From Parcubacteria group bacterium (lineage in GTDB: Bacteria > Patescibacteriota > JABMPQ01): a stretch of DNA of 53,391 nt. The position numbers were made by a program, and so were the translations under genes. The notes beneath the pieces are model-generated. The model worked only from the letters and a program-made list of their open reading frames with translations. It searched no databases and had not been told where the DNA came from. The number at the start of each line of letters is the position of its first letter. Position 1 is the first letter of the stretch. Shown here piece by piece: positions 45,233-53,371 of the stretch. The DNA lies in the NCBI GenBank assembly GCA_013202585.1, contig JABMPQ010000038.1, positions 1 through 53,391 of the forward strand, given 5' to 3'.

Positions 45233-47716
45233 CTACGGTGTAGCACCGGCAGCAAAGCCGGCAGCCATATTCGTAACATGATCTCCAGCCCATTCAATAA
45301 CATTCCTACCAATGCCCCATTTGCCATCTGTCGGAGTCGGTGGAACCACAGCACCAGTATGATCAGTGACCTTTCCAGTGCCTAGCCTTTCCATTTCGCA
45401 AGCCTTGCCGTACATAACTGCCATACGCTCCACATGACTATTATTACTTTCCGTCTGAGTAGCAACCTTTCTGCTTTTCTCCTGCTCCTCTTTGATTAAT
45501 CCTTGTCTCTTCTTTCCTTTACTGCCTTTTATAGCTTTTCCTAAATCTTCTAATTCTCTAGTTGATTTCGCTAGAGCATCTGCCAACTTTTTTACAAAAG
45601 CCGGTTTTATTTGTTCAACTGCTCTCTTTTTTATTGTATCTAAATTCCGCTCGCCTTTTGAATTTATGGCCATATAGGCTTTCAACGGATCACCTCGACC
45701 ATATTCACCCACTCGAGCCGCTTTTTCTCTATCTTCATGCTCAAGCAAATACCAGCCAGCTTGGTGAACATCTTTGAGCTTGCCAGCCGATTCTCTAACA
45801 ATAGCGTTACTATGCATGTCACCCATATAGGCCCGATTACCCATTTTGGCTTTTTTATCTTCGACAATCTCTTCTTGTTCCGCATCCGTCGTATATCTCC
45901 ATTTGCCCTTGTCATTGGTAACCATGCCTGCCGTTCCGAAATGTCCAGCCGCCAAGGTAATCTCTTGTAAATCAGCTACTGTCTGACAAGCCAAAGAACC
46001 TTCTCCTAATTCCAGCTGAAGAGCTTTTTTTAGTAATTGAGGATCAAATTCGGGTTTGCTATCCTTTGTTACTAAATCAGTCCCGTCCTCTTTTTTTATT
46101 CCCATTTTCATGAAAGCTTCTCTATGCTTGTCAAAAAATGCCGGCAGACTTAACAAGTCATTAAGATTATTGGTACCCGCTAATTTACGCAAGTGAGCTC
46201 CTTTTTCTATTTCATTGGCTGCCCCCATATACCCATCTACCAGAGCGGGACTGGACTCAGTGCCAATCTCATTCTCTTTCTCTACCTCTAAGCTTCTTCT
46301 CGCCCTTCTAGCATAATTGGTTTTTTCGTGTCCCAGGCTCATCACATTATTTAGCATATCATGCATCTGACCGCCCGGTTGCGTGTAGGCATCGCTTTCT
46401 AATCTAGCCCTTCTCGTCCGCCAAGCTTCTGGTATCATAGTTGCTGTAGCCGCACCACGGGCAGCCAGTCCAGCTCCTTGAGCAAGAAGATGTAGAGGAA
46501 GGGTAGAAACCGCCCCCAACGCCTTTCCTACTATCCCTTTACCCATCAACCCTTTATTCAATGCGCTCACGCCCTGGGCCATACGTCCCTTGCCCGCTCG
46601 CAAGGCTGTTCTCCGCGCAAAATTACCGCCCAACATCGCCGCTCCTAAACCAACCTTGGTCGCCAGACCCATTCCTCGCCTCGCCAATCCCATCGTCATC
46701 CCAGCTGCCATCGGTGAAAGCGCCTTGGCCATCAGAATCGCCAGATACAAGAAAGTAATCATCACCGCCATCCGGTAAAAACCGTCGGCGGTTAGTAGGC
46801 TGATATTGCCCCGCAACTCTCCCGTCGTTTTCACTTTCATTAAAATACCCTTGCTAGTTGTATCCTCAGTAATGTGATAGGCGACCATACAAGACAAATA
46901 AACCAGAAAACCAGCTACTGGCCCATAAAAGACATACTTAAAAAACTCGTCCCACCACCGCTTAGCGTATTGCTGGGTAGCTGGCAAAATATTAAGAACA
47001 AAGGCGGCTGGTGATAATACCACTAGTACCATCAATACAACATTCCTCATTATAATCAAAGTCGACAGCAAACTAAAAGCCATCATTATCAAAAACATAA
47101 CGAAAATTGTGGCTAAGATAGCAATACTAGCCTCCGTTACTACGTTACTTCCAGGCTCTAATGAACTCCAAGCTGAGCCCGCTATCTTGTGTGGCATCGT
47201 GTTAAAAAGAGCCAAAGAAAACGTGTCCGAATAGTTATAGCCCTTAAAATTAATAAACGTCATCATCAGCACATTGGAAAAATCAATAAAAACCCCCGCG
47301 ATAGTCTTACTAAAATTCACCAACAGAGCAGCATAAATTAACTTCGGCAGCAGTGCTTTATATTGATAAGCCTCGATACGCAGAATAGTGGCAAAAGCAA
47401 TTACCAACAGAGATATAACAAAGAACATATTGAGTACATCGCGAGTGATTCCCCAACCAGCAATAACCACCGGATCATTTATAATATCCGGCGCATTGTG
47501 ATAAACGTGATCAAATAATTTACCAGACAGAACAAAAAAGAAAGTCTCGATTTCTAAAATAAAAGCGAAAATATAGCCAAATAATAAGAAAGTATAATTT
47601 TTAAGTGTCGTCCAGCCATTAGCAAAGGACACTCTAGGTAACAAAGTACCAAACACCACTAGAGCGTAGAATGCGATTTGAAAAAAGATTTTTTTGTTCT
47701 TTGTTTTATTGGCCAC
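45233..47716 (-). CDS. VirB6/TrbL-like polytopic membrane protein with a hydrophilic C-terminal extension of about 450 aa
   Basis: Signal-like N-terminus, then at least 7 hydrophobic helices over about 370 aa, then a Gly/Ala-rich segment and a long charged domain. GTG start. Assigned from topology and operon context. Confidence 0.55.
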   Translation of the reverse strand: MANKTKNKKIFFQIAFYALVVFGTLLPRVSFANGWTTLKNYTFLLFGYIFAFILEIETFFFVLSGKLFDHVYHNAPDIINDPVVIAGWGITRDVLNMFFVISLLVIAFATILRIEAYQYKALLPKLIYAALLVNFSKTIAGVFIDFSNVLMMTFINFKGYNYSDTFSLALFNTMPHKIAGSAWSSLEPGSNVVTEASIAILATIFVMFLIMMAFSLLSTLIIMRNVVLMVLVVLSPAAFVLNILPATQQYAKRWWDEFFKYVFYGPVAGFLVYLSCMVAYHITEDTTSKGILMKVKTTGELRGNISLLTADGFYRMAVMITFLYLAILMAKALSPMAAGMTMGLARRGMGLATKVGLGAAMLGGNFARRTALRAGKGRMAQGVSALNKGLMGKGIVGKALGAVSTLPLHLLAQGAGLAARGAATATMIPEAWRTRRARLESDAYTQPGGQMHDMLNNVMSLGHEKTNYARRARRSLEVEKENEIGTESSPALVDGYMGAANEIEKGAHLRKLAGTNNLNDLLSLPAFFDKHREAFMKMGIKKEDGTDLVTKDSKPEFDPQLLKKALQLELGEGSLACQTVADLQEITLAAGHFGTAGMVTNDKGKWRYTTDAEQEEIVEDKKAKMGNRAYMGDMHSNAIVRESAGKLKDVHQAGWYLLEHEDREKAARVGEYGRGDPLKAYMAINSKGERNLDTIKKRAVEQIKPAFVKKLADALAKSTRELEDLGKAIKGSKGKKRQGLIKEEQEKSRKVATQTESNNSHVERMAVMYGKACEMERLGTGKVTDHTGAVVPPTPTDGKWGIGRNVIEWAGDHVTNMAAGFAAGATP

Positions 47717-47758
47717 TAAATTTGCTAAATTCTAACTGCAAATAACTAGACAGTTTTA

Positions 47759-48853
47759 TTATTTCTTTTCCACCGCTTTGGTTTTCGTCAAATCGGGAGG
47801 AGAAGTCGTACCAGTTGGAGTTACCACGTCAGAAGGAAATTCAATTAATCTATTATCCCCCGTCTTCGTATAAGTAGGAATAATAGCAGTGCTAGAATCA
47901 TCACCATCATCAAGCAAAAATTCTGCTAACCATTTCTTTAAAGGGTCAAGGGCATAACTTTCGATGGCTGTCCCCAACGCCATTTTTGACAAGTTCATTA
48001 CATCTAAGGCTATCTGACTTCTCAAAGTTTCACCAAACTCATCACCAGCTGCACCATGATTTTTGATGATCGCAGCGGCTAATTGACCTTCCACGTTAAT
48101 TTTACGACAGTGATCAGGACGGAACATGGGGTCAACCATGCCGTCATCATCTAAATCATACCAAGAGAGCGTACGACCCCAAGCCTTAGCCTGAGCGCTA
48201 TTAACAGAACAATCTCTAGCTGTAAACAAGCCCTTGCCATTAAACAGTTCGGTTTTAGCTGAATCTTTTTTCTCTTCGCCCAAATCCATAATACTCAACG
48301 CTGCCTCCAGTGAAAGGTTAATATCATTATTTGAGCCAGACACCGTAGTAGTCAACATATTGGGAAGTTCCTTGCGTATCGCGTCCATTTTATCATCAAG
48401 ACTTAAGACGGCAAATTGAGCGATCTTACTCTGATCGAAAGTACACTTCGGATCATGACCTTCCGCGACAAATTTAGTTAAAGCCAACTTCAAATTCCAA
48501 TTAATATTTACGCAAAGCGAATGAGCCGTCAGTCTTTTAAAGACCACGTTGGCTGCCTGAAATAGCACCTTCTCCGTAAACCACTGAGCCAACTGCTCGG
48601 AGGTCATCAAAAAATCAGATCGGGAGGCCGCCGCCATCATAACGTCCCTGATCAAAGGATAAAGGGCTGCTTTCCATACCACCAGTAAAATATTCTCCAA
48701 CAGCGTGGTTAGATCTTGCATGATGGTTACTGGCCAGACAGCTTTAGCCGGCTTAGGAAAAGCAAACACTCCTAGACCAGAAAAGACGATCACAACACAA
48801 ACAACCAGAAAAGTGAGAAGTATTTTGGTTCTAAAGCTATGAGCGGAAAACAT
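47759..48853 (-). CDS. secreted hypothetical protein
   Basis: Signal peptide (…GVFAFPKPAKA|VW). 364 aa with a few Cys and no recognisable motif. Confidence 0.6.
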   Translation of the reverse strand: MFSAHSFRTKILLTFLVVCVVIVFSGLGVFAFPKPAKAVWPVTIMQDLTTLLENILLVVWKAALYPLIRDVMMAAASRSDFLMTSEQLAQWFTEKVLFQAANVVFKRLTAHSLCVNINWNLKLALTKFVAEGHDPKCTFDQSKIAQFAVLSLDDKMDAIRKELPNMLTTTVSGSNNDINLSLEAALSIMDLGEEKKDSAKTELFNGKGLFTARDCSVNSAQAKAWGRTLSWYDLDDDGMVDPMFRPDHCRKINVEGQLAAAIIKNHGAAGDEFGETLRSQIALDVMNLSKMALGTAIESYALDPLKKWLAEFLLDDGDDSSTAIIPTYTKTGDNRLIEFPSDVVTPTGTTSPPDLTKTKAVEKK

Positions 48854-48862
48854 TGTTTTTGA

Positions 48863-50029
48863 TTATTTTGTTTTTAAATTTTTCTCTTCCGCTATCTGAT
48901 CCAGCTCGGCTAAATAACTATCAACAATTTGTACCTTGAGTAGATATGCTAGTTCGGCATAACCATTCATGATCGCAATAGCGCCGTCTTGGTTAACGGT
49001 AGTTGAACCACCATTATTATTTATTTCTTCTGCTAAGTATTCGGAGCGTCGCAAGGAAGCGACAATTTTTTTATGCAAACCGATGATTCTTTCTTCTCGC
49101 GGTACTTCCAAGGCCTCAACTTGATCCAGAGAGTTAGAAATTGCGACAGTGAATTGGTACATTAGTGAACTACCGACACCACTTGTCGAGAGCATATCAT
49201 AGCTACTAGCCTGCTCTTGGAAATTAAAGCTCTGATACAAAATATTGCCCATAGTGGTGATATAGTCCCGCACTTGCTCATCACTAGTGCCAGCCGCAAT
49301 TTTAATCTCACTCTCTGCAATCTCTGCTAACTGTACCTGGCCAGCCACCGTTTCTACATTGTCTTGCGACTGGATATAATTGGTCATGTCATCTTGCAAA
49401 GATCCAACGTCCTGAGCAGAAAAAGCATCTTCTAAATAGCTAACTTGCTGTCTATCTGTCTGGCTTACCTCTAAGACATTATCTTCGCTAGCCCCATCAC
49501 TATCACTGTCGTTATCGTTGTCCAAGTTTGTTTCTGCTGAACGGCCATCTTGGTCGGCATTAGCCACCGCGTTGATCGCCACGTAATCAGATAAATCAGC
49601 TTGCAACGGATCATGGCCAGAAGCAATTTCTTCGCCGTCACCATAGCCATCAAAATCAGAATCGGCCAAGCGGGGATCAGTGCCGTATCTATCCTCGTCC
49701 TTGCCAACTAGTCCATCTTGATCAAGATCAACATCATCATCGGATTGGATTTGCAAGGGGTTAAAACCATTCTTTACCTCTTCACCATCAAGATGACTAT
49801 CACCATCGGAATCAGCGTTATAAATGTTGGTGCCCAGTTCTCTCTCTTGGTCATCTGATAATCCATCATTATCGGAATCGATTCCCTCAGTCATAATAGT
49901 AGCAACTTTTTTACCATCCTTATCTCCCTGTCCAAAATCAATTTTCTTAGCAATCACAAAACCACTGATTGATATAATCGAAATCACTACCACAACAATT
50001 ACCGACAACTTAAAACGTTTCGATTGCAT
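48863..50029 (-). CDS. membrane-anchored protein with thrombospondin type 3-like Ca-binding repeats and a helical C-terminal domain
   Basis: N-terminal TM. Four DxDxDGxxDxxE-type repeats (DSDNDGLSDDQE, DSDGDSHLDGEE, DLDQDGLVGKDED, DSDFDGYGDGEE), each followed by G.(N/D)P. Confidence 0.7.
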   Translation of the reverse strand: MQSKRFKLSVIVVVVISIISISGFVIAKKIDFGQGDKDGKKVATIMTEGIDSDNDGLSDDQERELGTNIYNADSDGDSHLDGEEVKNGFNPLQIQSDDDVDLDQDGLVGKDEDRYGTDPRLADSDFDGYGDGEEIASGHDPLQADLSDYVAINAVANADQDGRSAETNLDNDNDSDSDGASEDNVLEVSQTDRQQVSYLEDAFSAQDVGSLQDDMTNYIQSQDNVETVAGQVQLAEIAESEIKIAAGTSDEQVRDYITTMGNILYQSFNFQEQASSYDMLSTSGVGSSLMYQFTVAISNSLDQVEALEVPREERIIGLHKKIVASLRRSEYLAEEINNNGGSTTVNQDGAIAIMNGYAELAYLLKVQIVDSYLAELDQIAEEKNLKTK

Positions 50030-50062
50030 TGTTTATTTTCTGGCTACTAATGAATCAGACTT

Positions 50063-50091
50063 ATTATAGTACAAATACTAAATAGTGACAA
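50063..50091 (-). promoter_or_regulatory. near-consensus sigma70 promoter TTGTCA-17-TATAAT for the T4SS-like operon
   Basis: Minus strand: ttgtca (50086..50091), a 17-nt spacer, tataat (50063..50068). It lies about 33 nt upstream of the ATG at 50029. Confidence 0.5.
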
Positions 50092-50162
50092 ACGTTAACT
50101 GGTTTTCCCTGTTAACAGATGGCTATTTTAAGCCAAGTGTTGATAACTTGTTGCAAAATAGT

Positions 50163-51035
50163 CTATTTTTTGTGGATAACTACGGAGTTGTAAAGTTTTT
50201 CCCACTCGTTTAAGGAAAAAGTTTCCGCTCTTCTGGTCGGATCAAGATTGGCCGACACTAATATTTTCTGGGCTTCCTGGCCGGAAATTTTATAGCCAGC
50301 AGCTAAATTATTATGCAGTTGTTTACGTCGACTAGCAAAGCTGATTTTCAGGAGGCGAAAAAAATTCTCAATATCGTCGACTTTGATTGCTGGTTGAGGA
50401 TAGACTTTGATTTTTAGTATAGCTGCTTCCACTGCCGGCGGCGGATAGAAAGACCTTCTATCTACAACGGTAATTATCTTGGGCTCACCATAAAATTGAA
50501 CCGATAGAGATAAGAGGCTGTGGTCACCAGGCTCAGCCACCACCCGCTTGGCTACTTCTTTTTGGACAATTAGAATCAGCTCAGTGGGTTTTGCCTCTGC
50601 TTCCAAAATGAATCTTAAAAAATGCGAAGTGATATAAAAGGGTAGGTTGGCGACGATTTTGTAGTTACGGTCTCCTAGACCAGCAGTGATAAAATCTAAT
50701 TTGAAAATGTCCTGGGATAATATTTCGATATTTTCTTGCCGGCTGAATCTTTTGTTTAAGTGTGTGGCTAATTGCCTGTCTTTTTCAACAGCCAATACTC
50801 GGTCGGCCCTGCCTGCCGGCAGGCAGGCTTGTTCGGCGATCGCCTCCGTCAACGCTCCTAGACCCGGACCAACTTCTAAAATTGTATCCTGTTGGTTGAC
50901 GTCAGCAGCAGCGATCATTTTAGTCACTACCGATTGATCAATTAAAAAATTCTGGCCGAGTCTTTTGTTGACAGATAGACCTTCGGCTCGTAATAATTGT
51001 TTTATTTCCTTTATGTTGTGAAAATAAGTGGTCAT
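50163..51035 (-). CDS. rsmA: 16S rRNA (adenine1518/1519-N6)-dimethyltransferase
   Basis: LGQNFLID, EVGPGLGALTE, IVANLPFYITS motifs. Confidence 0.9.
   Translation of the reverse strand: MTTYFHNIKEIKQLLRAEGLSVNKRLGQNFLIDQSVVTKMIAAADVNQQDTILEVGPGLGALTEAIAEQACLPAGRADRVLAVEKDRQLATHLNKRFSRQENIEILSQDIFKLDFITAGLGDRNYKIVANLPFYITSHFLRFILEAEAKPTELILIVQKEVAKRVVAEPGDHSLLSLSVQFYGEPKIITVVDRRSFYPPPAVEAAILKIKVYPQPAIKVDDIENFFRLLKISFASRRKQLHNNLAAGYKISGQEAQKILVSANLDPTRRAETFSLNEWEKLYNSVVIHKK
50808..50827. repeat. perfect 20-nt GC-rich palindrome cctgcctgccggcaggcagg inside the rsmA coding sequence
   Basis: Self-complementary over all 20 nt. It encodes part of the ACLPAGRA segment. A near-identical copy sits at 7218..7236. 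Confidence 0.75.
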
Positions 51036-51140
51036 TTAATTCATCTTATCAATTATTGGTTGGCTTGGTACATTTATAGAGGTTGTTGACTTGGTGTGTT
51101 TTCGAAGCATACCAGAACAGCTACTACAAACTTTAAACAC

Positions 51141-52643
51141 ATGCAGATCAAAACCTTCATCAAAAAACTAGAGGGCACTAAGCTATCATTCTGGCAATTT
51201 TTAATTGCGCTGGTGTCGATAGCTGCGTTGCGAATTTTTGCCGAGACATTTTCTGATCTCGATAACCGTTGGCAGATATTGCCACCCGATTCTTTTATTC
51301 ATTATTGTCTGTGGTTCATCTTAACATTTCTTACTATATCTTTGGTACTAGTTATTGCCACACGCGAGAAAGTGGTAACAGTGCTAAAGATGCAAATCAT
51401 GTTTTTTCCGATAATCTTGCTGGCTCCGTTTATTGATTTAATTGTTAGTAGTGGATTGGGAGCAAATATTGCTTATATTATGGGGCGGGACATGGCCGAG
51501 CTGGGACGAATGTTCCTCACTTATTTCGGCTCGTTGGATAATTTTGAAATATCGATTGGGATGCGGCTAGAATTGGTGTTGGCCTGTTTCTTTGCTGCTT
51601 ACTATGTTTATTTAAAAAGGGGGAAAGTGTGGCCGACTGTGCTGGCTCCTTTCCTGGTCTATACTATCGCTTTTGTCTATTTAGCTTTACCTAATATTAT
51701 TCTACCACTGGGCGATTTAGAATATGACGATAAATTATTCTCGTTTCTAATCTTGGTTCTTACTTTATTAAGCTTACTCGTTTTATTTTTGCTTTACAGT
51801 CGGCAAAAATTTATTGCCTGCTGGAAAAACGCCCGGCCCTACCGCATCGTTCATTACCAAGCTATGTTATTAGGGGGTCTGTTGCTAGGCAAAGTGCTGC
51901 TCGGTTATGAAATAGTGGGTTGGCAATTGGCGGCAGCAATGATAGCTCTACTATTAGCTTGGCTGGCTCAGGTTGGCCTCAACGACCTTAGTGATACTAG
52001 AATCGATGCCATTTCCAATCAAGATCGTCCTTTAATCAAGAAAACGCTCACTGTCCCAGAATACAAAATCATCACTGTCATCTTAACTCTGCTGGCTCTA
52101 TTACTTGCCTACACCGTATCCTATTACTACCTGATTTTCATAGCCGTATTCATGATAATTTATACTATTTACTCCTGGCCACCTTTGCGCTTAAAGCGCG
52201 TGCCGGTGCTGTCGATTTTCCTGATTGCCGGTGCTGCTCTGGTCATTCTCATGGCCGGCTTCTCTCTGCCCGACCATAAATATTTAACTTCCTTGCCTCC
52301 TTATACTATCGCTCTAATTCTGATCGCTTTCTCCTTGGCCGCTCATGTCAAAGACGTTAAAGACATCGCTGGTGATAAAGCAGCTGGCATTCTCACTATA
52401 CCGACTATGCTTGGCGCGCGCGCAGGCAAAAAAGTAGTGGGAATTTTAGTGGGAATTTCGTATTTGTCTGTCGTCTTAATAATCCCTCGTTTTTTTGGTT
52501 GGTTACTGTTGGTAGCTATTATCGGCGGCGTCATTAATTACTGGCTAATCAACCGGAAAAACTATCAGGAGAAGTACGTGTTTATTACTTACTTCATTTT
52601 CTTGGTGATTTTGATTTATTATTTGGGGAAGATTTATATTTAG
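51141..52643 (+). CDS. UbiA-family prenyltransferase domain fused to an N-terminal polytopic extension of about 230 aa
   Basis: Asp-rich motifs NDLSDTRIDAISNQDRP and KDVKDIAGDKAAGILT in the C-terminal 270 aa. The N-terminal part has at least 6 extra TM helices. ATG 51141 is preferred over GTG 51096. Confidence 0.75.
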   Translation: MQIKTFIKKLEGTKLSFWQFLIALVSIAALRIFAETFSDLDNRWQILPPDSFIHYCLWFILTFLTISLVLVIATREKVVTVLKMQIMFFPIILLAPFIDLIVSSGLGANIAYIMGRDMAELGRMFLTYFGSLDNFEISIGMRLELVLACFFAAYYVYLKRGKVWPTVLAPFLVYTIAFVYLALPNIILPLGDLEYDDKLFSFLILVLTLLSLLVLFLLYSRQKFIACWKNARPYRIVHYQAMLLGGLLLGKVLLGYEIVGWQLAAAMIALLLAWLAQVGLNDLSDTRIDAISNQDRPLIKKTLTVPEYKIITVILTLLALLLAYTVSYYYLIFIAVFMIIYTIYSWPPLRLKRVPVLSIFLIAGAALVILMAGFSLPDHKYLTSLPPYTIALILIAFSLAAHVKDVKDIAGDKAAGILTIPTMLGARAGKKVVGILVGISYLSVVLIIPRFFGWLLLVAIIGGVINYWLINRKNYQEKYVFITYFIFLVILIYYLGKIYI

Positions 52644-52668
52644 CCAGCCAGAAAGCTCCGCTGCCAAT

Positions 52669-52694
52669 AAAAAAAAGACACGTAGTGTGTCTTT
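52669..52694 (-). terminator. hairpin terminator (possibly bidirectional) between the UbiA-like gene and ORF 52731..53351
   Basis: aaagacac-gtagt-gtgtcttt with an 8-nt A-run upstream on plus, giving a T-run on minus. Only TTT follows on the plus strand. Confidence 0.55.
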
Positions 52695-52730
52695 GGGAAG
52701 GTGCTAGTTGCGTGATGGGAAATTGTCCCT

Positions 52731-53351
52731 CTAGGCGGTAAGCTTCCCCTCGTACAGCATTTGTTCGAGAGTTATCACTCTATCCCCCCAGATGCCGTCA
52801 TGTCTGTCACCGTAGACCACAACCAAACGATCCAACAACACTTCAAGTCTCTGACAAAGTTTTGGGAAACTATCGCCGAGATAGTTCTTTCGAAGCAGGG
52901 GGTACAAGACCGCGTAGCCAGCTATGAGTCCTGGCGCCGGTTGGGGATCATGTTCGCTAACCGGCTGACAGGTAGTAGGATTCCAGTTCTCCCAGCCTCC
53001 AATCCGCTTCTCCGCCGCCTTGACGTAGCAACGCTCGAAGTTGTCCAGACCGTGCTGGAACAACAACGTGTATGCCGCTGTGATCACTCCACGATCAGCA
53101 GGATAACCCTCGTTATGAAGCTTGCTGAGGTCACTCACTGTAGTTGTGAAGTCCAAGGGAGTAATCACCGTTTTACTTAGATCCTTCGTGAATCGGACAG
53201 CAACGCCAGTGGCTAACCTGGCCAACCTATTCAGGCCGCTGGCTACCACCGTCTCTGATATATTTTCCACTCTCGCCTCCTCGTGTTTTTGTGCCGCTAG
53301 GTCTATCCTAGCGCAACAGTATACCTTATAGTCCCTGACTGTCTTTGTCAA
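52731..53351 (-). CDS. GC-enriched ORFan, soluble hypothetical protein (TTG start in the ORF track)
   Basis: 206-aa ORF with no signal peptide or recognisable motif. GC looks moderately higher than in neighbouring genes. An overlapping plus-strand ORF looks like a shadow. Confidence 0.5.
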   Translation of the reverse strand: MTKTVRDYKVYCCARIDLAAQKHEEARVENISETVVASGLNRLARLATGVAVRFTKDLSKTVITPLDFTTTVSDLSKLHNEGYPADRGVITAAYTLLFQHGLDNFERCYVKAAEKRIGGWENWNPTTCQPVSEHDPQPAPGLIAGYAVLYPLLRKNYLGDSFPKLCQRLEVLLDRLVVVYGDRHDGIWGDRVITLEQMLYEGKLTA

Positions 53352-53371
53352 TAAATATCTTTAGCGTCGCC

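Noticed and set aside
30413-50029. Interpreting the cluster as a conjugative plasmid, ICE or prophage
   Set aside because: The window contains no relaxase, T4CP, VirB11, integrase, replication or partition genes, phage structural genes or flanking direct repeats. Composition matches the surrounding chromosome. Genes outside the window cannot be excluded.
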